Shown here in pieces: positions 1 through 8,761 of a stretch of DNA of 64,000 nt (position 1 is its first letter; every line of letters begins with the position of its first letter). The position numbers were made by a program, and so were the translations under genes. The notes under the pieces were generated by a model, which was not told where the DNA came from, did no database searches, and was given only the letters and a program-made list of their open reading frames with translations. Source of the DNA: an uncultured Cyclobacteriaceae bacterium (GTDB lineage Bacteria; Bacteroidota; Bacteroidia; Cytophagales; Cyclobacteriaceae); NCBI GenBank assembly GCA_965368405.1, contig CBDUMS010000005.1, forward strand, positions 2,128 to 66,127, in the 5' to 3' direction.

Positions 1-94
1 TATTTTTCACTTTGCTATCTTGATTACACCCCAAAATAAGCAGAGATGTAAAAGTTAAGATTAATCGTAGAGGAAAGTTAAAATAGTTCATTTT

Positions 95-1180
95 TTATGG
101 TTTTTGCCAACTGCCCACGCGAACAAAATAGGGCCGATAGTTATTAACGTCCTTTAATAAATCGATAAAATTAAAGCTATTGATATTATATGAAATCAAC
201 AGTGAATCGGAATAAACGTCCGGGTGAGCCAAAGCGTTATAGGTAAAGAGATCGCCAACTGCTTCTGGGGTGCAATAAACGACTGAGTAACCTGTTGGTG
301 TGTCCGTTGGACTGTTCATTGTAGAGAGATGGATTTCAAAACCCAAAAAGTTCTGTTGATTTAAGAGGTAGTAGCTACCATCACGCTCAAATACAGAGAA
401 TTGCTCTGAGACATTGCTAAATACAGGTGCGGCCTTAGTAACATCTAAACTCCAACCTGTACCAATATAATACTCCCAAACGTCTGTTAAAGTAGCATTA
501 GTCCTTGCTACAAATGCCTTCTTGGTAAAATCCTGAGGACGAACCCCGTATATATAAGTATAATTCTCTTCCTCCAATATTGCCGCACCCCATGAAATAT
601 CAGGAGTCTCAAACAGTCTGAGGTTTTCATACACTTCAAGACTTTCAGGATTCAGTTTTAATAGATCAACAGACGTTCTGTAAAAATCCCACATTCCACC
701 TGCATCGTTACCAAAGCCATGCATAAACAAGTATAAAGTATCGCCAGCGAGTGTGCCATCAGCAGGCCAATACCACCAATTCTCTTCAGGGGGTTCCGCA
801 AATGAAACCGGATTGTCGCGGGTACCTTCATAGTATGTTGTAAATAAATCCCCCTCCTCAATCACAAGCGAGTTATTTATTAAACGAAATGATGGTCGCG
901 TACCGTCGGAGTTAACCTGATCAATAAAAGTATCTCCAAACATCCATAGTCTTCTATTGTTGGAAAGTTCAACGGAGTAGGTTGCATCGCCACCAGTCCA
1001 ATCGTGTGTTCTGGTAAAAAAATCATTATAATGATTATCTCGGCACAGGTAATAGTCCGGATCCCAGCACTCAGATTGCTCGCATCCGTACTCTGTTGGC
1101 TCAGGTTCAACTTCGTCAATTCTTACACAGGTAACTGCAAGAAAAAGGAATGCTGATATTATGAGAATTATACTTCTCAT
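95..1180 (-). CDS. Secreted DUF4185/DUF5005-like protein (predicted beta-propeller, putative glycosidase); paralogue of 16131..17210
   Basis: 361-aa ORF with a hydrophobic N-terminal signal (LFLAVTC). Blocks FGDTF, WYWPADG, FTYNALAHP and LLISYNINS are shared with the ORF at 16131..17210. The family name is recalled from this motif pattern, not searched. Confidence 0.5.
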   Translation of the reverse strand: MRSIILIISAFLFLAVTCVRIDEVEPEPTEYGCEQSECWDPDYYLCRDNHYNDFFTRTHDWTGGDATYSVELSNNRRLWMFGDTFIDQVNSDGTRPSFRLINNSLVIEEGDLFTTYYEGTRDNPVSFAEPPEENWWYWPADGTLAGDTLYLFMHGFGNDAGGMWDFYRTSVDLLKLNPESLEVYENLRLFETPDISWGAAILEEENYTYIYGVRPQDFTKKAFVARTNATLTDVWEYYIGTGWSLDVTKAAPVFSNVSEQFSVFERDGSYYLLNQQNFLGFEIHLSTMNSPTDTPTGYSVVYCTPEAVGDLFTYNALAHPDVYSDSLLISYNINSFNFIDLLKDVNNYRPYFVRVGSWQKP

Positions 1181-1191
1181 CCAGTTCTGAT

Positions 1192-4167
1192 TTATTTAAG
1201 ATACTCTACAATTTGCTTTTTCCAAACTTCATATCCTTCACCATTTAAATGAAGGCCATCAATGCTATATTCTTTATTAAGCTTGCCATTTTCATCACTA
1301 AAAACAGAATGTAAGTCGATATAAGTTATCCCTTCAGCCTTACAAATTTCAATCAGCTGATCATTAATATTGATAATTTCAGCATTAGGACGTGTATAAT
1401 GTAAGGCGTCCTCAACCGGTAATACGCTCTGAACATACAATTTCGTTGTAGGCGAATCATCCTTAATTTGCGCTATAATCTTAGTATAGTTGCCGATTAT
1501 ATCATCAACTTTTTTACCATAGGCCAAATCATTCGTGCCTATCATGATAAAAATTTTATCTGGTTTCGAAGAAGTTACTTCAGATAATCGACCTAAAATA
1601 CCATCGGTATCGTCCCCTCCAATGCCACGATTTTTAATATTTGGATCGCTAAATAATTCCGCCCATTCCGCGTTATCTGTGATGCTATTCCCAAGGAAAA
1701 TAATTTCATTGGGCGTATCAGGCAAAAGTTCAAAATGTTCTTTCTTATGATAATAATAGGCTTTTACAGCCCTATTCCATTCGTCCATTTCCTCAGCAAA
1801 TCGATCATACTTAAGTATTGTCTCTTTTTCCTCTGCACTAATCATTGTTGAGAGCGAGGGTGGTCTGGCTTCCTTGCTTATACCCCATTTCATATTTGGT
1901 TTAGGCCCCATTTTAAAGACCAAGCTGCCGCCAGATGTAAGCTCCTTGGCATAAAACCATGGCCCAATGAGTTTCTTCCCATTTAAGGTTGCCGATTGAA
2001 TATAAATATTCTTATCGCTAACACCTTTTGCCTCGATTATGAACTCATTGCCGCTGTAATAATCCTTATCTAGTTTGATTATAACCTTATTGAATTTAGG
2101 GCTTCCAATCTCAATGATTGGGTCTTGTGCTGTACCGCCATCCATTTGGAAAAGCCCCATTGAACTCATTACGTACCAAGCTCCCATCTGACCTTGATCT
2201 TCATCTCCTAACCACCCTCCCAACGGGTCATCGCCATAGTACTTATCCATGATTTCTGTAGCCCATTTTTGAGTTAACCAAGGTTTGCCTGCATGGTTAA
2301 ACAAATAAGCGGCTTGCATATTTGGCTGATTTCCATGATTTACGGGTAATACGCCCATCCCATCTAAGCTATTAGCGCCAAGGTGTTCTGAATTGAAATT
2401 ATGTTCAGCAGATTTTTCAAACCCTTTTTCCAACCTGTCATTATACTCCTCCGTACCCATGAGGTTAGTCAACCCCTGGAGATCGTGGGGCACAAAATAA
2501 GTGTATTGCCAAGCATTGCCTTCAACATAACCAGAACCTAGCCAGGCTACATCACCGAATTCTTTAAAGTTTGGCACCCAACTACCGTCTCTATACTTTC
2601 TTCTAAGATATTTTACCTCTGGATCGAAGGCATTTTGATAATTAAAAGCTCTTTTGGTAAACTCCTTATAATCCTTTTCCTTCCCTAAGGATTTCGCCAT
2701 TTGACCCACACACCAATCGTCGAATGCGTAGGCGACAGTATTAGAAATTGGACCATCTTCATCAGGCACATAGCCATACTGCTTATAAACATCAAGATGT
2801 CGATTCCCAACATAACCACCTGCATCGTGGGCACGGCCATTTTCTGACTGGATTTTCTTGAGCGCACTGTATGCTTTTTCAACATCGTAATCACGAATTC
2901 CCATTTGATAAGCTCCCGTAATCAAGGCATTCTGGTGAGAGGCTACCATAATTGCAGAATACTCAATCCCTGTTGGACCTTTAGGCAACCACCCGCCTTT
3001 ATCACTTATCTCGAGAAAAGAATGTACCCAGTTGCTTGTTATCTTCGGGGTTGCTATTTGCCATAATTGATTCAGGTTCCAAAAGCTTATCCAAAAGCCA
3101 TCTGACCCGTAAATAGGTCTGTTCTCGGGCATCGTTTGAATCTTTTCATACATATCAACATACTTACCATTTACATCGCTCCAGGTAGTACGTCCGGCAT
3201 AAGCACGATACATATTGGTGTAGAATTTCTTTTTCTCATTTTCAGACTTCGATTCAATACTTATTGTTGATAATAGATCATTCCATTCCTTTCGCGAATC
3301 GTTTTTTACAGCATCAAAATCCCAATCAAATGGGTCCATCTCTGTTTCAAGGTTTAATCTTGCCTGCTCAACACTTACCAAAGAAATCCCGACTTGAGCC
3401 TGTATTTGCTCTCCTTCTTGTGTAGAAAAAGTAAAGAATGCACCAACATCCTTATGTCCAAAATCAGAAGATATACGCTCAACGTCCCGGTATATATCTT
3501 CTTTAACCCATCCATTCATGGATTTAAATGGTTTGTCGAAGCGTAGCACAAAATGTAAGATATATTCGTTGTAATTGGCTTTTCTTAAAGCTTGCTGATA
3601 AGATATCCCTTCAACTTCTCTATCAGACACCTTTTTTATCTCGGTGTAGAATATCTCATAGCCATATTCAGATGGAGTAAGTAAATCTAATAGCACACGA
3701 GATGAGTCATTTGCCGGGAATGTGTAGCGATGAAAACCAGCCCTCTTTGTTGAAGCCAGCTCAGCTTTGATACCATAGTCATCGAGCTCTACACTATAAT
3801 ACCCCGCCTCTGCCTGTTCTTTCGAATGACTGAATCGAGAACGGTATCCCCTATCCGGATCATGTTCTGGCCCAGGAATCACTTTTAGTTCCCCTATTGT
3901 TGGCATCATGAGAAGTCCGGCCATTGTCCATGAATGGATATGGCTGAATCCAGCAATATTTTCAACATTATACTCATATCCGGCCTTCCAGCCTAGCTCC
4001 TGATTATCCGGACTAAGTTTTACCATACCGAATGGACGAGTTGGCCCCGGAAACATTATCCACCGCGAATTATGCGACCCAATCATTGGATCTACATATT
4101 TTACTACCTCTTGAGCAGCTGCTGATGTCGCTATTATTACTAGTAAGAATCCAAATAATTTTTTCAT
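1192..4167 (-). CDS. GH92 alpha-mannosidase fused to a C-terminal SGNH/GDSL-type esterase domain
   Basis: 991-aa ORF with a signal peptide. GH92 N-terminal hallmarks are present: VDPMIGS, FPGPTRPFGMVKLSPDN, GFSHIHSW. The last ~173 aa carry SGNH blocks I-III and V. Confidence 0.85.
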   Translation of the reverse strand: MKKLFGFLLVIIATSAAAQEVVKYVDPMIGSHNSRWIMFPGPTRPFGMVKLSPDNQELGWKAGYEYNVENIAGFSHIHSWTMAGLLMMPTIGELKVIPGPEHDPDRGYRSRFSHSKEQAEAGYYSVELDDYGIKAELASTKRAGFHRYTFPANDSSRVLLDLLTPSEYGYEIFYTEIKKVSDREVEGISYQQALRKANYNEYILHFVLRFDKPFKSMNGWVKEDIYRDVERISSDFGHKDVGAFFTFSTQEGEQIQAQVGISLVSVEQARLNLETEMDPFDWDFDAVKNDSRKEWNDLLSTISIESKSENEKKKFYTNMYRAYAGRTTWSDVNGKYVDMYEKIQTMPENRPIYGSDGFWISFWNLNQLWQIATPKITSNWVHSFLEISDKGGWLPKGPTGIEYSAIMVASHQNALITGAYQMGIRDYDVEKAYSALKKIQSENGRAHDAGGYVGNRHLDVYKQYGYVPDEDGPISNTVAYAFDDWCVGQMAKSLGKEKDYKEFTKRAFNYQNAFDPEVKYLRRKYRDGSWVPNFKEFGDVAWLGSGYVEGNAWQYTYFVPHDLQGLTNLMGTEEYNDRLEKGFEKSAEHNFNSEHLGANSLDGMGVLPVNHGNQPNMQAAYLFNHAGKPWLTQKWATEIMDKYYGDDPLGGWLGDEDQGQMGAWYVMSSMGLFQMDGGTAQDPIIEIGSPKFNKVIIKLDKDYYSGNEFIIEAKGVSDKNIYIQSATLNGKKLIGPWFYAKELTSGGSLVFKMGPKPNMKWGISKEARPPSLSTMISAEEKETILKYDRFAEEMDEWNRAVKAYYYHKKEHFELLPDTPNEIIFLGNSITDNAEWAELFSDPNIKNRGIGGDDTDGILGRLSEVTSSKPDKIFIMIGTNDLAYGKKVDDIIGNYTKIIAQIKDDSPTTKLYVQSVLPVEDALHYTRPNAEIININDQLIEICKAEGITYIDLHSVFSDENGKLNKEYSIDGLHLNGEGYEVWKKQIVEYLK
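1195..1720 (-). other. SGNH hydrolase (acetylesterase-like) domain within the GH92 ORF
   Basis: Block I FLGNSIT, block II NRGIGGD, block III MIGTNDL and block V DGLHLN are all present in the canonical order. Confidence 0.75.
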
Positions 4168-4171
4168 AGAA

Positions 4172-6475
4172 CTACTCCTTTATCATTTTAGTAGTGTTAT
4201 TCCTTCGTTCAAGTCGGTAGTAGTCTTCGCCATATTTAACATGGTGTAAGACTCCTTCAAAACTGTGGTTATTTATCTCCATAAGCGGATTGTTGGCGGC
4301 ATCTGGATAAAAGCCAAAGAAGTCTTTTAGCATTACTTGCGACATTGCAATTCCTGCCGAAGATTCTCGATTGTGCCAGCCTCGCTGTGCAATGCGGACT
4401 TTTGCATTCTTCTTAAGCTTATCTTCACCCCATAACTCATGCGCTTGCGCCCATATCCCTTCATTCGTAACCGGCTCTATTGCATGGTAAAAGTCAAGAG
4501 CTTTTTCAGGGAAGCCAAGTCTTGTTAGTGCATCCATTGTGCCGGCAGGCCAGCCATCGAAGGCACCGAGTGGCCCGTGGTCAGGTCTATCAGAATCTTC
4601 AGCAGCGATATCAAGTTGTGACTGTGCTCGCATCCAGTTATCTGTAATCAGCTCTCTGTAGACAAAATCCATCATATCTTTTCGGATGTTTTCAGGAATA
4701 TCATTTGGGATATACCTGCCGAGGAACATAAAATCTAGACTGTGTCTTACTTCGACACGCTTGTTATTCGGATAGAGGCTACACCATACACCATCACCGG
4801 CATAAAGACCCAGCAGTCTTTCAACCATTGCATCGGACTCTATACGGAGTTCTTTTGCTCGCTTAGTATTTCCTTTTAACTCATATAATTCTGCGGTTTG
4901 CCTCATCATCCAGATGTATCCTGCATTGAAAGATGGCACAATATGTTTATAGGTAGGAACCGCTTCAAGGAGATTCCACTCATCATCGCCAAAATCAGCT
5001 AACTTATACAGCTCATCGGTACACCCATCCTGCCCATAGATCGATATTCGCTGCCAGTTAGTTGCATATTGATCCAGGTGATCTATAACTTTTTTGCCCT
5101 CTATTTCCTCATCAAGGAAATCATAATCCTTTGAAATCGTAATATAAGAACGAATCATCTGAAACAGCGCCCAATAATTAGCCGAATAGCCATTACCTGA
5201 TCCTCCGCCACCGTAGTTATCCTGACCATAGTACTTACTTGGATCAATGAGTATCCAGGAACGCAAATGATCCTTCATCATGACGGGATCGACAACAGCC
5301 CAAAGAGTTGACCACTCCGTAATATCCCAATAGAACATCAAGGTTGCTCCCCAACGGGGGCCACCCGTTAAAAACACCTTGTCATGCTGCGGAAGATTAT
5401 TGTGCATTAGGTACAACATGGTAAGCGGGCCGGTGTAATAGACTTTTTTCGCCTTTATGTCATCTGTCTCAAGCACTGGGAAGGTACCGGAAAGTAGCGA
5501 GTCTTTTGGATCAAAAATTGACATCCAGCGATCTTCCCAGACATTCTTTGATTTCTTCCACAGATTCGTGAAATCATTATCAGATATCTCAATATTATCG
5601 TCGGTTGTGCCAAAGCTCATTGAGAATTCTATGGTAGAGGTTTCTCCTGGAGCAAGTGTTAGGCTCCATTCTGCGGATCCTCCCGCCCTATTATTTGTTA
5701 GGTTTGTTGGTGGCGTAATTACGCTAAACACCGAGCTAACATCTGTGCTGTCGCTTTGAATAATTACTCTTGATTTTTCCAGGGTAGAACTAAATTCGAT
5801 ACCATTCATTATTATCTCGTCGGAAGGCCATGAAACTTCCTTCCTTCTCGTTACAGGAATTGCTCCATCGAATTCCATTACTGTTGCTTCTGTACTCGTT
5901 ACACCTGTTCCTATATACTTTCTTAGGAGTTCAAGATCATCAGTTCTTGAGGTTGTAGCTCCATTTAGTGTAGGATAAGGATACCACCACTGCCATTCAC
6001 GATTGGGGTAATGACCCATAAACCCTATAAGGTCCTGCTTAATGGTAAGTTCTTTTTCGGCAGTGCCATTATTCGTAAAGTCTATACTCCAAAGGATGAT
6101 GTTCTTATCCGGAACCATACGGTTAGTACTAAGTATTTCAATTTCACCGTGCGTAGAATGGCGTTGAATCTGATAAGGTTGCCATCTGAATTTATCCGAT
6201 TTAGGGCTTTCGCCATTCACATAGATTGTACCCGTGTGGTATCCTCCTGAATATGGTGCCGCTGCCAAATAGCTAAATGATGTTAGGTCCCGATTAGCGA
6301 GGGCTTGTCCTCTGAAATTACGAATAGATGGCTCCATATCAACAGTATCATACGATACCCATTGGCCAGATAACTCATCTAGTGAAGGAATATGCTGAGA
6401 AGTTGATTCCTGTACAGGTTGTTTAGTACTACAGGCTACTATAAGTAGCATAGAAAAAAAAAGAGCTGTTCGCAT
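4172..6475 (-). CDS. Lipoprotein of unrecognised family, possibly a six-hairpin (alpha/alpha)6-type glycosidase
   Basis: 767-aa ORF with lipobox LLIVAC. The C-terminal half has aromatic-rich segments reminiscent of six-hairpin glycosidases (GGGGSGNGYSANYWALFQ, DHGPLGAFDGWPAG). It sits between GH92 and the kinase in a PUL. The start overlaps the upstream stop as TAATG. Confidence 0.4.
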   Translation of the reverse strand: MRTALFFSMLLIVACSTKQPVQESTSQHIPSLDELSGQWVSYDTVDMEPSIRNFRGQALANRDLTSFSYLAAAPYSGGYHTGTIYVNGESPKSDKFRWQPYQIQRHSTHGEIEILSTNRMVPDKNIILWSIDFTNNGTAEKELTIKQDLIGFMGHYPNREWQWWYPYPTLNGATTSRTDDLELLRKYIGTGVTSTEATVMEFDGAIPVTRRKEVSWPSDEIIMNGIEFSSTLEKSRVIIQSDSTDVSSVFSVITPPTNLTNNRAGGSAEWSLTLAPGETSTIEFSMSFGTTDDNIEISDNDFTNLWKKSKNVWEDRWMSIFDPKDSLLSGTFPVLETDDIKAKKVYYTGPLTMLYLMHNNLPQHDKVFLTGGPRWGATLMFYWDITEWSTLWAVVDPVMMKDHLRSWILIDPSKYYGQDNYGGGGSGNGYSANYWALFQMIRSYITISKDYDFLDEEIEGKKVIDHLDQYATNWQRISIYGQDGCTDELYKLADFGDDEWNLLEAVPTYKHIVPSFNAGYIWMMRQTAELYELKGNTKRAKELRIESDAMVERLLGLYAGDGVWCSLYPNNKRVEVRHSLDFMFLGRYIPNDIPENIRKDMMDFVYRELITDNWMRAQSQLDIAAEDSDRPDHGPLGAFDGWPAGTMDALTRLGFPEKALDFYHAIEPVTNEGIWAQAHELWGEDKLKKNAKVRIAQRGWHNRESSAGIAMSQVMLKDFFGFYPDAANNPLMEINNHSFEGVLHHVKYGEDYYRLERRNNTTKMIKE

Positions 6476-7575
6476 TATCCTTTGTTTAGCATTTCAATGG
6501 CATAGGCATAGGACCCAAGCCAGGTTGCTTTACTAGCACCAATTTCAGACTTCATAACACCCGTTCTTGGCATATCGTCGTAAGTAATCTGCCTCCCAGA
6601 TCCTTTTACAGTGATTGTTTGTTTACTACCCTTTCTAAAAAGGACAAAATCTTCTTTACTTTCTAAGTTGAATACCTTGAACGAGAGTCGATCATTTTTA
6701 GACTCACCCGAATTATATTTCTTCTCAATCTCCTCAAACATTGTAGGAGCAAATAAATCCCAGGCATTGGTGATGCCTCCACCAATAACAACGAGACCAT
6801 CTACAAGGGTAACTATGTTTGCAATTGACGACCCTAGTCCTTGACCATAAAGTTGATAGGCTTTTATTGCAGCAGTTTTGTCTCCTTCTTGTTCTCCCAA
6901 TGCAATTTGAGCAACATCTTTAGGCATCAGCTTTCCATTATCAATGCCACCATTTGCAACATACTCCCTGATAATGGCTCTCGTACTAACACTTTCTTCA
7001 GCATTCCAATCGGAATTATAACCATTCAGCGTATTGTGAATCTCGGCTCCACATGAATTATCGCCTTTAATAAGCACATTATCAAAAACAATTCCAGCTC
7101 CGAATCCGGTACCCAAGGTAAGTCCAATTAGGTTCTTATATTGTTTCGGTGAACCGGCCTGCTGCAGTCTTCTATTAATTTCAGGTAGCGCCCCAGATAA
7201 GGCCTCACCATAGGCAAAGAGGTTGCCATCATTATTTATGAAGACCGGCACATTAAAATGATCCTCTAGGATTGGTCCAAGTGGGACTCCCCCATTAAAT
7301 GCCTTAAAATTGGGTAAGTTGCCTATTATCCCAAGATCATAGTCGGCAGGACCAGGAAATGCGAAGCTTATGGCGTCGTAGTTTTGGTTTAGGGCCGTTC
7401 CTACTTGCTCAAACCCATCTATAACAGACTGAATACAAAGATCAAGATCATGCGCGTTAGCTGGTAAGACTACTTCGCCAACAACCTCTTTATTACCCCT
7501 AAGAGCCGAAAAAACAAAATTAGTTCCGCCTGCATCAAGCGTTAAAACCGTTCTCTTCTCGTTATTTAGATTCAT
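6475..7575 (-). CDS. ROK-like (ASKHA superfamily) sugar kinase
   Basis: Motifs LTLDAGGTNFVF, INNDGNLFAYGEA and LGTGFGAGIV are present. There is no N-terminal HTH and no CxCGxxGC zinc motif. Neighbours are an MFS transporter and a PMI. Confidence 0.7.
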   Translation of the reverse strand: MNLNNEKRTVLTLDAGGTNFVFSALRGNKEVVGEVVLPANAHDLDLCIQSVIDGFEQVGTALNQNYDAISFAFPGPADYDLGIIGNLPNFKAFNGGVPLGPILEDHFNVPVFINNDGNLFAYGEALSGALPEINRRLQQAGSPKQYKNLIGLTLGTGFGAGIVFDNVLIKGDNSCGAEIHNTLNGYNSDWNAEESVSTRAIIREYVANGGIDNGKLMPKDVAQIALGEQEGDKTAAIKAYQLYGQGLGSSIANIVTLVDGLVVIGGGITNAWDLFAPTMFEEIEKKYNSGESKNDRLSFKVFNLESKEDFVLFRKGSKQTITVKGSGRQITYDDMPRTGVMKSEIGASKATWLGSYAYAIEMLNKG

Positions 7576-7579
7576 ATTA

Positions 7580-8737
7580 CTAAGCTTTTTTGCTTTTCAT
7601 TGCATAGACTGCCGCAAAACCAACATAGAGAATACATAATACGAGTACCCCCATACTTAACTCAACACCATAATGCTGACTAATCAGTCCCATAATTGGA
7701 GGTATAACCGCTCCTCCACTAACAAAAAAGATGATTAAGCCTGAAATTTCATTGGCATACTCCGGCCTGCTTTCAACAGTGATTCCGAAAATAATCGGGA
7801 AAATATTTGCAAACCCAAGTCCAGTTATGAATATCATTACCTGTACAAGGAATAAGTCGTTCAAGAGGATGAGACCTGCCAACCCAACTAAGGTAAGCGT
7901 GGTACTAATCGTTAGAAATAGCTTAGCGTCTAGTTTTCTTAAAAGCACAGCACCCGCTAACCTACCGATCATTAGAGCAGCAAAATAAATACTTATGCCA
8001 AGACTAGCCACCTCAAGGCTTACTCCAAATCTAGCTTGTAAATAAGATGCAATATTCGTGTTCATGGCAACGTCGAAACCAACCATGGCAAAAATTGACA
8101 TAATCATAATTAGCACAAACCTGTTTTTAAGCAGATTAATAATAGTTGAAATACTTGCAGATTCCTTCTCGGGCTTCGATTCTGTAACCTTAACAGAGTA
8201 TAACCAAATAGAAGAAATTACCGATAAGACAGCATATAAAGGAAATATAAGTTTCCAATTTCCAAAGTAAGCTGCTAGACCAGCGGTAATTATTGGTCCA
8301 AACATTGATGCAATAGCTTTAATAAATTGAGATAAGCTAAGATTGGCAACCTTAGTAGATTCAGACGACACATCGATGAGGAGTGGATTGGCAGAAACCT
8401 GCAGTATGGTATTGCCGATACCAAGTAATACAAAGCCAATAATTACGGTAGTATAGCTATAGAAGGCAAAAGGAACCAGAAGACCCACCCCGGTTAATAA
8501 CATCCCTAAGATAACGGTGATCTTTTTACCGTTTCTATCTTGAAATATTCCTGTAGGTATCGAGACGAGTGCAAACCAAATGAAGACCATACTGGGTAAT
8601 AATTGGGCTACGCTATCCGTCAGCTGAAAGTCTTGTTTCACATACCCTGTTGCGACTCCAACAATATCAACAAATCCCATTATATAAAATGAGAACAGTA
8701 CGGGCATAAAACTTTTAATTGAGGTTTTTGAGGTCAT
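7580..8737 (-). CDS. MFS sugar transporter (FucP/glucose-galactose transporter-like)
   Basis: 385-aa, highly hydrophobic ORF with multiple TM-like segments and a central charged loop (TESKPEKES). It lies between the kinase and isomerase genes. Confidence 0.75.
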   Translation of the reverse strand: MTSKTSIKSFMPVLFSFYIMGFVDIVGVATGYVKQDFQLTDSVAQLLPSMVFIWFALVSIPTGIFQDRNGKKITVILGMLLTGVGLLVPFAFYSYTTVIIGFVLLGIGNTILQVSANPLLIDVSSESTKVANLSLSQFIKAIASMFGPIITAGLAAYFGNWKLIFPLYAVLSVISSIWLYSVKVTESKPEKESASISTIINLLKNRFVLIMIMSIFAMVGFDVAMNTNIASYLQARFGVSLEVASLGISIYFAALMIGRLAGAVLLRKLDAKLFLTISTTLTLVGLAGLILLNDLFLVQVMIFITGLGFANIFPIIFGITVESRPEYANEISGLIIFFVSGGAVIPPIMGLISQHYGVELSMGVLVLCILYVGFAAVYAMKSKKA

Positions 8738-8761
8738 GTTGATGATTGTTGGTTATACTAT

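Noticed and set aside
6454-6462. A9 homopolymer (T9 on the coding strand) in codons 5-8 of the 767-aa lipoprotein, considered as a slipped-strand phase-variation tract. Similar T8/A8 runs occur in other signal peptides (19728..19735 and about 42905).
   Set aside because: The runs encode Phe/Leu in signal peptides of an AT-rich genome. Their length is borderline and nothing in a single sequence shows variation.
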